In this document: piece after piece, positions 20,609 through 29,694 of the stretch
Numbering within the stretch: position 1 is the first letter of the stretch
Layout: every line of letters starts with the position of its first letter
NCBI GenBank assembly: GCA_031412335.1
Contig: JANOCT010000043.1
Span: forward strand, 39,720 to 103,719
Length of the DNA: 64,000 nucleotides
Direction of reading: 5' to 3'
From: a bacterium
GTDB lineage: Bacteria; Bacteroidota; Bacteroidia; Sphingobacteriales; Sphingobacteriaceae
The notes under the pieces: model-generated
Databases searched by the model: none
Seen by the model: only the letters and a program-made list of their open reading frames with translations
Told to the model about the DNA's origin: nothing
Translations under genes and position numbers: made by a program

Positions 20609-21505
20609 ATGGTTATTAGCGAAAAAAAATCCGAAATTTTATACCATGGTATAGGATTCGGGCTCATCGTTTCAATTTTAAATATACTGATTAGTGTATT
20701 TATTTTCTTTCAAACAATTAATTCAAGTTTTGCACAGCAAAAACCTCCTTACAAAATTTATAAAACATTTGAGGAAGCATTTGCAAATCCATTGGAAGTA
20801 AAACACCTTCGGGTTTCGTATGATAAACTTACTTCCATTCCGGCAGAAATTGGCACGCTTAATAACTTAGAGATTCTTGAATTAAACAATAATTTGATTG
20901 TAGAGCTTTGCCCGGAAATTGGAAAATTAACAAAACTAAAACGCTTAAATCTTTTTAGAAATAAACTTAGAAGCTTACCGAAAGAGATTGGAAATTTAAT
21001 AGAACTGGAAGAATTTATTGCAAGTAGCTGCCAAATAGAACAAGTTCCAAAAGAAATAGGAAATCTTCAAAAGTTAAAAAGACTTTCCTTGAAGTTTAAT
21101 AAACTAACCTCATTACCCGATGAGATTTGTGAACTATCATTATTAGAATATTTTGATGTCAGCTTCAACGAACTTAGTTCAATACCAGACCAGATTGGAA
21201 ATTTGGAAGAATTAAAATTCTTTTATTTAGGCAATAATTTTATTTTATCTATTCCACCATCTATTGGTAATCTTCACCGAATCAACCAGTTATATATTGG
21301 TAGAAATAGTTTAGAAGAATTACCAGATGAACTCATTAATCTAACCAGCATGAAAGAATTGGACGTTGCCAATAGTGGTGTTTTGCTCAGGCTGCCAGAA
21401 GGCGGAGGTCAATTACGAAATCTAGAATATTTGTACCGCGATGGAAATACGATAGTGCCATATTCTTATTATTCAAATACGAGATTGAAAACTATTTATC
21501 GTTGA
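20609..21505 (+). CDS. Leucine-rich-repeat protein with an N-terminal membrane anchor
   Basis: About 9 tandem 23-aa LRRs (L..L..L.L..N.L..LP.EIG.L). N-terminal hydrophobic segment. Confidence 0.8.
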   Translation: MVISEKKSEILYHGIGFGLIVSILNILISVFIFFQTINSSFAQQKPPYKIYKTFEEAFANPLEVKHLRVSYDKLTSIPAEIGTLNNLEILELNNNLIVELCPEIGKLTKLKRLNLFRNKLRSLPKEIGNLIELEEFIASSCQIEQVPKEIGNLQKLKRLSLKFNKLTSLPDEICELSLLEYFDVSFNELSSIPDQIGNLEELKFFYLGNNFILSIPPSIGNLHRINQLYIGRNSLEELPDELINLTSMKELDVANSGVLLRLPEGGGQLRNLEYLYRDGNTIVPYSYYSNTRLKTIYR

Positions 21506-21508
21506 TTT

Positions 21509-21925
21509 TTATAAATCTTTCGGATTTACCTTTTTCCTCATCAATTTTTTATCACCCAAAAACTCTTTATTCTTTAGTCGTTCTCTTACCGATCCTTTAG
21601 TTGGGTTGGTTGCTTTTCGTGGTTTTTGAACTTTAAAAGCATTTATTAACAATAAATGTATTTTTTGAATCGCTTGCTGTTTGTTTAAATATTGCGATCG
21701 TTCCGTATCACACGTTACACGCAATTCGCCAGCCTTACTTATTTTATTTTTTAGTTTTTCAGCAAGTATTAATTTTTCATCTTCACTAAAGATTGCTGAT
21801 TCGTGCACCACAAATACAACTTCTATACGCGTGCTTACCTTGTTTACATGCTGCCCTCCGCTTCCACTGCTTCGTGTTGCAAAAAATTTTAATTCAGGAA
21901 GTAAATCGGCTCTAGTAATTTTCAT
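21509..21925 (-). CDS. arfB: Alternative ribosome-rescue factor ArfB (GGQ peptidyl-tRNA hydrolase)
   Basis: 138 aa. SGSGGQHVNK GGQ motif and a basic C-terminal tail. Confidence 0.85.
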   Translation of the reverse strand: MKITRADLLPELKFFATRSSGSGGQHVNKVSTRIEVVFVVHESAIFSEDEKLILAEKLKNKISKAGELRVTCDTERSQYLNKQQAIQKIHLLLINAFKVQKPRKATNPTKGSVRERLKNKEFLGDKKLMRKKVNPKDL

Positions 21926-22012
21926 GAATGAGAATAACCAAAACTAAACACTGGAAAAGTAAAAACAAGCAATACATTAAAATAATATCTTTGGGAGTAC
22001 GTTTTTTCCTTT

Positions 22013-23083
22013 TTGCTAAAAATCTTGAAATACAAATTTCTACTCCTGTTTCTTTTTATCAGTTCATTGTCTCAAGCCCAAATTGGTGGTCGTGGTATAT
22101 ATAAATTTATGGATCTGCCAGCTTCTGCCAAGCAATCTGCATTAGGTGGCATATTGATTACAACTCGTGATTACGATGTAAACAATGGTTACCAAAATCC
22201 TGCCTTGTTGAATAAAGAAATGCACAATCATTTCGCATTCAATACCATGAACTATTTTAATGACATCAGATTTGGATATATTGGCTACGGAAGGCACTAT
22301 GATAATATTGGTACTTTTTCTGCGGGAATTCAATCCATTAATTATGGAAACTTTATTGAAACCGATGAAAGTGGCAAGGAAACAGGAAATACATTCAAGG
22401 CAGGCGAATACGCTTTAAACCTCGGTTATGGAAGAAATTATTTACCAAATCTGAGTATTGGAACCAATTTAAGAATCATTACGTCTAATCTCGGTGATTA
22501 TAGTTCAGTAGGTTTAGCAGCCGATTTAGGTTTATGTTATTTCGATACTGCTAAAAATTTAAGCGTTGGATTTGTAATAAAAAATTTAGGTACTCAATTA
22601 AGCACATACCGACCAGGAAATACAGAAAATCTGGCAACTGATATTCAATTAGCAATTTCTAAACGATTAAAATATGCTCCTTTACGGTATACAATTACCT
22701 TGCATGATTTACAACGATTTGATTTAAGTTATACCGATCCAAACGATCCAAACCGTGAAATTGATTTGCAAACTGGAGAACCTATTGTTAAAGAAATTAA
22801 TATTGCTGATAAACTAGCTAGACATTTAATTGTCGGCGCTGAATTACTTTTTTCTAAAAATTTCAATATAAGACTTGGATACGATCATCAAAAAAGAAAA
22901 GAATTGGCCTTAAGCAGCAAAGGTTCAACGGTTGGTTTTTCTTTTGGCTTTGGCATTAAAATAAAGAAAATAGATTTTAGTTATGCTTCTGCCAAATATC
23001 ACTTAGCAGGTTCTACCAATCACTTCAGCATTGCCGCTAATCTTTCTAATTTTAATAAAAAGAAGAAAGCTGTGTTGAATTAA
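22013..23083 (+). CDS. porQ: Probable type IX secretion system protein PorQ (outer-membrane beta-barrel)
   Basis: 356 aa with a signal peptide. N-terminal GGRGIYKFMDLPASAKQSALGG...NPALL resembles PorQ family proteins. Aromatic-rich alternating beta-strand pattern. Called from memory of the family, not searched. Confidence 0.55.
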   Translation: MLKILKYKFLLLFLFISSLSQAQIGGRGIYKFMDLPASAKQSALGGILITTRDYDVNNGYQNPALLNKEMHNHFAFNTMNYFNDIRFGYIGYGRHYDNIGTFSAGIQSINYGNFIETDESGKETGNTFKAGEYALNLGYGRNYLPNLSIGTNLRIITSNLGDYSSVGLAADLGLCYFDTAKNLSVGFVIKNLGTQLSTYRPGNTENLATDIQLAISKRLKYAPLRYTITLHDLQRFDLSYTDPNDPNREIDLQTGEPIVKEINIADKLARHLIVGAELLFSKNFNIRLGYDHQKRKELALSSKGSTVGFSFGFGIKIKKIDFSYASAKYHLAGSTNHFSIAANLSNFNKKKKAVLN

Positions 23084-23141
23084 GTCTAGCATTTTAAGAA
23101 TTATAGTACATTTGATGCTATCAAAAAAGCGTCGAAGGAAT

Positions 23142-23810
23142 ATGAATGAACACATGATCGTTGCCATCGACGGTTATTCTTCTTGCGGCAAAAGCACGCT
23201 GGCAAAGACTTTAGCTACTGAGCTTCATTATACCTATATTGACTCTGGTGCTATGTACAGAGCTGTAACCTATTATTTTTTGAAAAATAATATTGACCTC
23301 GACAATCCAGAAGAAATAAAAAAAGCTTTAGAAGAAATTCATTTAAGTTTCAAAAAACAACAAATTGAGTTAAATGGAGAAAACATTGCGGATGAAATAA
23401 GGCAAATGTATATTTCGAGTAATGTAAGTGAAGTAAGTGCACTAAAGCCTGTACGGGAAGCAATGGTAGCTTTGCAACAAAAAATGTCGAAAAAAGGACA
23501 CGTGGTAATGGACGGCAGAGATATTGGAACTACGGTATTTCCGCATGCACAATTAAAAATATTTATGACCGCTGATCCAGAAATAAGAGCACAAAGAAGG
23601 TTTAGAGAATTATTATTAAAAGGCGTAAAAGTGAGTTATCAAGAGGTTTATGATAACCTTACTCAGCGCGATAAACAAGACACAACCAGAACCGAAAGTC
23701 CATTAAAAATGGCATCAGATGCTATAATTTTAGACAATTCGCACCTAAATGAGGAGGAACAACTTGATTTCGTTCACCACATAATTATTGATAAGCATAT
23801 TCAACTCTGA
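23142..23810 (+). CDS. cmk: Cytidylate kinase
   Basis: IAIDGYSSCGKST P-loop, DSGAMYR, DGRDIGT. The ORF is open from 23112 (TTG) and 23115 (ATG). I chose the ATG at 23142 by N-terminal length, so the start is uncertain. Confidence 0.88.
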   Translation: MNEHMIVAIDGYSSCGKSTLAKTLATELHYTYIDSGAMYRAVTYYFLKNNIDLDNPEEIKKALEEIHLSFKKQQIELNGENIADEIRQMYISSNVSEVSALKPVREAMVALQQKMSKKGHVVMDGRDIGTTVFPHAQLKIFMTADPEIRAQRRFRELLLKGVKVSYQEVYDNLTQRDKQDTTRTESPLKMASDAIILDNSHLNEEEQLDFVHHIIIDKHIQL

Positions 23811-23863
23811 TTTGCTGATAATTAAAGATTTAAAAATTAATTTTCACGAAAAGTTTTAATTCC

Positions 23864-23871
23864 TATCTTTG
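23864..23871 (+). promoter_or_regulatory. Bacteroidota-type -7 promoter box (TAnnTTTG) upstream of rpsA
   Basis: tatctttg lies 32 nt before the rpsA ATG. Confidence 0.4.
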
Positions 23872-23902
23872 CAGTCCCTTACGAAAGGAGACTCAATTAT
23901 TA

Positions 23903-26227
23903 ATGACACAAAAAACAACTGAAGAAAATTTCGAGGCATCAGAAATGAAGGCTGAAATTGAAAAAACCCAGGTAGAAGAAACATCTTCAACCACTGAACA
24001 AACACCGGATTCAACCCCAGAAACCGAGGAAGTAAAGCCAGCTGAGGCTCAAATAGAAAGCAAAACTGAAGAAATTCAACCAGAAGTAACAGCCGAAGAA
24101 GTTGTTGCAGAAGCAAAAGCTGAAGAAGTTGTTGCGGAAGTAAAAGCAGCACCTGTTGAAGAAGAAGAAACAGAAGATTTCGTGGATGAAAAACCGATTA
24201 GAATCGAACGATTAAAAGATCCGGTAATGATTCCTGATGCTGATTTCGACTGGGATGCAGACGAAAAAGGTTTTGGAAATTACAGTTCGACAGAGCGAGT
24301 AAAACTAGAAGCATTGTACACTACAACGCTAAGTTCTATTAACAAAGATGAAATTGTAACCGGAACTGTTGTACACATCAACAGTAAAGATGTTGTATTA
24401 AACATTGGATTCAAATCTGATGGATTGGTACCTCTTTCTGAATTTAGAGACACTCCTGATTTAAAAATCGGAGACACAGTAGAAGTGTATGTAGAAGATC
24501 AAGAAGACAAAAACGGTCAACTTGCTTTATCTAGAAAAAGAGCAAAAACTCAACGATCATGGGATGATATTAATAAAGCCCTTGAAGAAGACACCATTAT
24601 TGAAGGTTTTGTAAAAAGCCGAACTAAAGGTGGTTTGATTGTAGATGTTGCTGGTGTAGAAGCATTTTTACCAGGTTCGCAGATTGATATTAAACCAATC
24701 CGTGACTATGATATTTATGTAGGAAAAACAATGGAATTCAAAGTGGTAAAAATTAACCACGAATTCAAGAATGTTGTTGTTTCGCATAAAGTATTGATTG
24801 AAGACGATTTAGAAAGTCAAAAATTAGAAATAATCAGCAAACTTGAAAAAGGACAAGTACTTGAAGGAACTGTTAAAAACATTACAGCTTTCGGAGTATT
24901 TATTGACCTTGGTGGTGTTGATGGATTATTGCATATCACAGATATTTCTTGGGGTAGAATTGATCATCCAGAAGAAGTATTGAAATTGGATGAAAAATTA
25001 AATGTAGTTGTACTTGATTTCGATGATGAGAAAAAGAGAATTGCATTAGGTTTAAAACAATTAACTCCACATCCTTGGGAATCTATTTCTGAAAGCATAG
25101 AAGTTGGAAGTAAATTAAAAGGTAAAATAGTAACCGTTGCAGATTATGGTGCATTCCTTGAAATCGCTCCAGGCGTAGAAGGTTTGATTCACGTATCTGA
25201 AATGTCGTGGTCACAGCATTTACGATCGCCACAAGAATTCATGAAAGTTGGAGACGAACTGGAAGCAGTAGTTCTTACACTTGATAAAGCAGATCGTAAA
25301 ATGTCATTAGGTGTTAAACAACTTACTCCAGACCCTTGGGTTGAGATCGTTGAAAAATATCCAGTTGGCAGCAAGCACAAAGCTATTGTTAAAAACATGA
25401 CCAATTTTGGTGTTTTCGTAGAAACTGAAGAAGGAATTGATGGGTTAATCCACATTTCTGACCTTTCTTGGGCTAAGAAAATCAACCATCCTCATGAGTT
25501 TACCAAAGTAGGCGAAACTCTTGATGTGATTGTGTTAGAAGTTGATGCTGAAGGCAGACGTTTATCTCTTGGACACAAGCAATTGGAAGAAAATCCTTGG
25601 GATACATTTGAAACCATATTCCACTTGGACTCAGTTCATGTTGGAACCGTGCTGAAAGTAACTGACAAAGGAGCAATTGTTGCATTACCTTACGGATTAG
25701 AAGGCTTTGCGCCAACTAAACATAGCGTGAAAGAAAATGGAGCAAGTCTTGTAGCAGATGAGCAAACAGATTTCATGGTAATTGAATTCAACAAAGATTC
25801 TAAGCGAATTGTATTATCTCATAGCAAAATACACGAAGCAGCGAAAGCAGCAGAAAAGCGTGTAGAAGCTGACACAAAAAAGAAAGAAACTAATGAAACA
25901 GTGAAAGCTGTTAAAAAAGTTAAAGATTCTGTAGAGAAAAATACATTGGGCGATTTAGATGTATTATCTGCATTAAAATCATCTCTTGAAACTTCTGAAG
26001 CGAAAGCAAGTGCTAAGAAAATGGCAAAAAAGGAAGAAGATAAAGTAGAGAAACCAGTAGCAGAAGCAAAAGCGGAAGTTGTTGCAAGCCCGGAAGCGGA
26101 AGCAACGACAGAAGTAAATGCAGAAGCAAAGACAGAAGCAAAAGCTAAAAAAGCTAAGCCAGCAGCAGAAGAAAAAACAGATGCAGTTGATGAAGTTAAA
26201 GCTGATGACGAAGCAAAAGCTGAATAA
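23903..26227 (+). CDS. rpsA: 30S ribosomal protein S1 with low-complexity N- and C-terminal extensions
   Basis: Six S1 motifs (for example GTVVHINSKDVVLNIGFKSDG, VLEGTVKNITAFGVFIDLGGVDGLLH, KLKGKIVTVADYGAFLEI). It follows cmk, as in many bacteria. Confidence 0.92.
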   Translation: MTQKTTEENFEASEMKAEIEKTQVEETSSTTEQTPDSTPETEEVKPAEAQIESKTEEIQPEVTAEEVVAEAKAEEVVAEVKAAPVEEEETEDFVDEKPIRIERLKDPVMIPDADFDWDADEKGFGNYSSTERVKLEALYTTTLSSINKDEIVTGTVVHINSKDVVLNIGFKSDGLVPLSEFRDTPDLKIGDTVEVYVEDQEDKNGQLALSRKRAKTQRSWDDINKALEEDTIIEGFVKSRTKGGLIVDVAGVEAFLPGSQIDIKPIRDYDIYVGKTMEFKVVKINHEFKNVVVSHKVLIEDDLESQKLEIISKLEKGQVLEGTVKNITAFGVFIDLGGVDGLLHITDISWGRIDHPEEVLKLDEKLNVVVLDFDDEKKRIALGLKQLTPHPWESISESIEVGSKLKGKIVTVADYGAFLEIAPGVEGLIHVSEMSWSQHLRSPQEFMKVGDELEAVVLTLDKADRKMSLGVKQLTPDPWVEIVEKYPVGSKHKAIVKNMTNFGVFVETEEGIDGLIHISDLSWAKKINHPHEFTKVGETLDVIVLEVDAEGRRLSLGHKQLEENPWDTFETIFHLDSVHVGTVLKVTDKGAIVALPYGLEGFAPTKHSVKENGASLVADEQTDFMVIEFNKDSKRIVLSHSKIHEAAKAAEKRVEADTKKKETNETVKAVKKVKDSVEKNTLGDLDVLSALKSSLETSEAKASAKKMAKKEEDKVEKPVAEAKAEVVASPEAEATTEVNAEAKTEAKAKKAKPAAEEKTDAVDEVKADDEAKAE

Positions 26228-26244
26228 TTTTAAGTACCTTTTGG

Positions 26245-26274
26245 AAAAACCCTGCTTCGGCGGGGTTTTTTTTT
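26245..26274 (+). terminator. Rho-independent terminator of rpsA
   Basis: ccctgc-ttcg-gcgggg stem-loop (26250-26265) followed by T9. Confidence 0.85.
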
Positions 26275-26448
26275 GATCTTTATTTTGATTTCAAAATATA
26301 CTTGTGGAGGTATATGTTGTAGTTTATTTAATATTGTCAATATTTATTAGAAATATAATCCGGCGCTTGGCTTAAATAAATATTTTTTAATTGGTTTATT
26401 TTACATAATTGATTTAAAACCTTTTAAAAATTATTTTGGGCTTATCTT

Positions 26449-26583
26449 GTCTCGTCTTGTCAATTATTACAAGACGAGATCGGGCTTTCAGCTTAATCTT
26501 TTTTGCGGTCAGCTTACCCTAAATTTGGATATTTGATTTAGCAAAAAAGGATATCGCTTCAATCCATAAGCCAAAGCACTCCG
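26449..26583 (+). repeat. Structured intergenic repeat, copy A of a three-copy family
   Basis: 11-bp hairpin tctcgtcttgt/acaagacgaga, then cgggctttcagc..tttttgc...aaaaaagga...cgcttcaatccataagcc..gcactccg. The same modules occur at 31611-31760 (inverted) and 41030-41144. Confidence 0.55.
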
Positions 26584-26638
26584 ATGTTAATTTATTGTAA
26601 TATGAATCAAAACCTATAATTAATAAACGATTATTAAA

Positions 26639-27031
26639 ATGAATTTAAAAATAACAGGACTACATCATATTGCCATTATTTGCAGCGATTATTCAACATC
26701 CAAAGATTTCTATTTAAATATTTTGGGTTTTACCTTAAAAGCCGAAGTATTTAGAGTGGAACGAAATTCATGGAAAGCCGATCTTGAATTAAATGGAAAT
26801 TATTTGATTGAACTATTTTCTTTTCCTGATGCTCCTCCCCGACCATCATACCCAGAAGCACAAGGGTTAAGGCATTTAGCTTTTTCGGTTATTGATGTCT
26901 TACAAACTCAGCTTGCATTACATTCTTTTGGAATTGAATGCGAAGAAATAAGAACAGATGAATATACTGGAAAGCAATTTTTCTTTATTCAAGATCCGGA
27001 TGGGTTGCAGGTAGAGCTTTATGAATTGTAA
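26639..27031 (+). CDS. VOC (glyoxalase/bleomycin-resistance/dioxygenase) family protein
   Basis: 130 aa. GLHHIAII...GLRHLAF...DPDGLQVELYE is the typical paired beta-alpha-beta-beta-beta VOC pattern. Confidence 0.8.
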   Translation: MNLKITGLHHIAIICSDYSTSKDFYLNILGFTLKAEVFRVERNSWKADLELNGNYLIELFSFPDAPPRPSYPEAQGLRHLAFSVIDVLQTQLALHSFGIECEEIRTDEYTGKQFFFIQDPDGLQVELYEL

Positions 27032-27039
27032 GGAAAGAA

Positions 27040-27365
27040 TGAACCATAAAGGGAACTTCTGAAAAATTGAACCACAAAGGCAAATTCTGAAAAAAATGAA
27101 CTACGAAGGCACGAAGACACGAATTTTTAAAAAAGAAAATGAAGAAGATTAAAAAAAATCAGCAATAATTCCATCAAAACACAAATTTGCTATCAATTAA
27201 AAAAGCGATTTGTTTATTTTTTCTTTGAGCCTTAGAGTCTTCGTGGTTCAAAAAACTTTAATTCTACTTCTTGTCTTCGTGGTTCAAAAAACTTTATTTC
27301 TTCTTTGAGCCTTCGTGGTTCTAAATACTTATTTCAACTTCTTGTTTTCGTGGTTCAAAAAAACC
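27040..27365. repeat. Opposed arrays of a TGAACCACGAAG-core repeat flanking an A-rich spacer
   Basis: Three forward cores (27040-27123: tgaaccataaaggg, ttgaaccacaaaggc, atgaactacgaaggcacgaagacacgaa). Four reverse cores cttcgtggttc (27238-27365), organised as two ~70-80-nt superunits each starting ttctttgagcc (27221, 27301). Confidence 0.7.
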
Positions 27366-27410
27366 CTTCCAATCATCGTTCAAACTTCCAACCGATGCCG
27401 ATATTTTTTT

Positions 27411-27418
27411 TACTTTTG
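27411..27418 (+). promoter_or_regulatory. -7 promoter box TACTTTTG upstream of the transketolase N-terminal subunit gene
   Basis: tacttttg lies 16 nt before the ATG at 27434. The identical octamer precedes the C-terminal subunit gene at 31866. Confidence 0.4.
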
Positions 27419-27433
27419 AAAAAATCAAGGAAA

Positions 27434-28276
27434 ATGGCAGATATAGCAAAACTTCAGGAAATTGCACAACAAGTGCGTAGAGATATAGTGAGAATGGTGC
27501 ATGCCGTTCAATCCGGGCATCCGGGTGGTTCGCTGGGTTGTGCTGATTATTTTACAGCATTGTATTTTGAAGTAATGAATCATAACCATGCTTTTGCAAT
27601 GGATGGAAAAAATGAAGATGTTTTCTTTTTATCAAACGGACATATTTCTCCGGTTTGGTACAGTGTGCTTGCTAGATCTGGTTATTTTGATGTAGCTGAG
27701 TTAAGTACTTTCCGAAAACTAGATTCTCGTTTGCAAGGTCATCCGGCAACTGCCGAGCATTTACCTGGAATTCGAATTGCTTCTGGTTCATTAGGACAAG
27801 GCCTTTCAGTGGCTTTGGGAGTAGCAATGGCTAAAAAAATGGACGGTGACGATAAATTAATTTATACATTGATGGGCGATGGGGAATTGCAAGAAGGACA
27901 AAACTGGGAAGCTATCATGTTTGCTGCACACAACAAAGTAGATAATATAATTGCAACCGTTGATGTAAACGGACAACAGATTGATGGTTCTACAGCTCAT
28001 GTGCTTTCCTTACAAAACCTCGACGAAAAATGGAAATCATTTGGTTGGGAGGTGTTGAAAATGGATGGAAACCAAATGGAGGATGTAGTAAATACCTTGG
28101 CAAAAGCAAAAACCGAATGTGGTAAAGGCAAACCTGTTGTTATTTTAATGCATACGGAAATGGGCGCAGGAGTCGATTTTATGATGGGAAGTCACAAATG
28201 GCATGGTGTTGCCCCGAATGATGAGCAATTGGCAAACTCTTTGTCACAATTGCATGAAACGCTCGGAGATTATTGA
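27434..28276 (+). CDS. Transketolase, N-terminal (TPP-binding) subunit
   Basis: MADIAKLQEIAQQVRRDIVRMVH..SGHPGGSLG...GDGELQEGQNWEA. The track ORF starts at 27305, but its first 43 codons read through the repeat array. Confidence 0.9.
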   Translation: MADIAKLQEIAQQVRRDIVRMVHAVQSGHPGGSLGCADYFTALYFEVMNHNHAFAMDGKNEDVFFLSNGHISPVWYSVLARSGYFDVAELSTFRKLDSRLQGHPATAEHLPGIRIASGSLGQGLSVALGVAMAKKMDGDDKLIYTLMGDGELQEGQNWEAIMFAAHNKVDNIIATVDVNGQQIDGSTAHVLSLQNLDEKWKSFGWEVLKMDGNQMEDVVNTLAKAKTECGKGKPVVILMHTEMGAGVDFMMGSHKWHGVAPNDEQLANSLSQLHETLGDY

Positions 28277-28329
28277 TTGATCATGTTTGCTGATAACAAG
28301 GCAACGAAATTTATCGTTAAACTTACCTG

Positions 28330-29694
28330 ATGCCTATCTATAAAAAACTAGTTTTCCTATTTCTAATTTTTCCAGTATTTGCAAGCGCTCAAAACCCTGC
28401 AAAGTCCGATAAAGCAAATATTTTATTCTTGCTGGATGCCTCTGGAAGTATGAATGATGTTTGGCAAAGCCAAAAGAAATTTGAATCGGCTAAAAAAGTG
28501 CTTTTTCAAATGATGGATTCATTAACTCAAAAATCTAATATCCAAACTGCTGTTCGTATTTTTGGGCATCAATCACCTCGTGATCAGAAAAATTGCTTGG
28601 ACTCAAAACTGGAAATTCCATTCGGAAAACACACCATGGCAGAAATTCAGCAAAAAATAAATAGTCTGATTCCACAAGGGCAAACTCCGATTGCTTATTC
28701 ATTAACGCAATCAGCAACAGATTTTCCTAAAACAGCCGGAACCAGAAATGTAATTATTTTAATATCCGATGGAATAGAAAATTGCGATGGAGATCCATGC
28801 GAAACTTCTAATGCTTTGCAACGAAATGGAATTTTTTACAAGCCTTATATTATTGGATTAGGACTTAATGAAACAGAAAAAAAAAATTTGGATTGTGTAG
28901 GTAAAATGTATGAAGTAAATGATGAAAAAATTGTAGCAGAAGTCACAAAAGTGGTAATTACTTCATTTTTAAATCCAACAACTTTACAAATAAACTTGCT
29001 GAATGATTATGGAAAACCTACTGAAACAGATGTAGATATGACATTTTATGATCATCAGTCAAAAGAAATACGCTATAATTACTACCACAAACTTACCCCA
29101 TCTGGTTTGCCAGATACTTTGAAAACTGATGCACAACTAACATACGATGTTGTAGTTCATAGTTTGCCACCCGTAAAATTAGATGAAGTAAAATTAAGTC
29201 CCGGGAAACACACCACAAGAGCAGTTGATGCCGGACAAGGAACATTGCAGGTTAAAATAACCGGGTTAATGAAATATAATAATCTTAAAATAATTGTTCA
29301 CGGCAAAAACAACGAGATAATAAATGTTCAGGATATCAATACAGCAAAAAAATACCTGACAGATACATATTCGTTAGATGTATTGACCTTGCCCGTTACA
29401 CATTTTGACAATGTAGAAATCAGCCAATCTAAAATAAAATTGATTGATATACCCGCTCCAGGTTCATTGATTGTAAACTCTTCTAAACTTGGCCATACGA
29501 TTGTTTATTCTGCTGATGGACCGAGGCTTGAAAAAGTCCATACATTTAATCCTGACATTTTGCGAGAAACATTAATTATTCAACCCGGAAATTATTTGGT
29601 TGTATATCGTGAAAAAATAAATGCAAATAGTTTTGAAACCAAGGAGCGTGTGGTAAAAATAAATTCTTCAATGACTACTAATGTAATTTTTTGA
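28330..29694 (+). CDS. Secreted von Willebrand factor A (vWA) domain protein, paralog 1
   Basis: Signal peptide. MIDAS motif LLDASGSM. GQTPIAYSL, ILISDGIENCDGDPC. About 230-aa beta-rich C-terminal region. Confidence 0.8.
   Translation: MPIYKKLVFLFLIFPVFASAQNPAKSDKANILFLLDASGSMNDVWQSQKKFESAKKVLFQMMDSLTQKSNIQTAVRIFGHQSPRDQKNCLDSKLEIPFGKHTMAEIQQKINSLIPQGQTPIAYSLTQSATDFPKTAGTRNVIILISDGIENCDGDPCETSNALQRNGIFYKPYIIGLGLNETEKKNLDCVGKMYEVNDEKIVAEVTKVVITSFLNPTTLQINLLNDYGKPTETDVDMTFYDHQSKEIRYNYYHKLTPSGLPDTLKTDAQLTYDVVVHSLPPVKLDEVKLSPGKHTTRAVDAGQGTLQVKITGLMKYNNLKIIVHGKNNEIINVQDINTAKKYLTDTYSLDVLTLPVTHFDNVEISQSKIKLIDIPAPGSLIVNSSKLGHTIVYSADGPRLEKVHTFNPDILRETLIIQPGNYLVVYREKINANSFETKERVVKINSSMTTNVIF

Noticed and set aside
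23856-24152. 98-aa minus-strand ORF rich in Leu/Gln (MLLLLPQQLLQLLLL...) overlapping the rpsA start
   Set aside because: It is the antisense image of the GAA/GAG/CAA-rich low-complexity N-terminal extension of rpsA. It has no independent signals, and the rpsA promoter box lies inside it.
27040-27365. Possible CRISPR array, given the regularly spaced short repeats
   Set aside because: The units are imperfect and occur in both orientations. The spacers are short, A/T-rich and themselves repeated. No cas genes or leader are present in the window.
27305-27433. 43-codon N-terminal extension of the transketolase ORF (MSLRGSKYLFQLLVFVVQK...)
   Set aside because: It reads through the cgtggttc repeat array. 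A TACTTTTG promoter box lies at 27411, inside the extension. The conserved transketolase sequence begins at the ATG at 27434.
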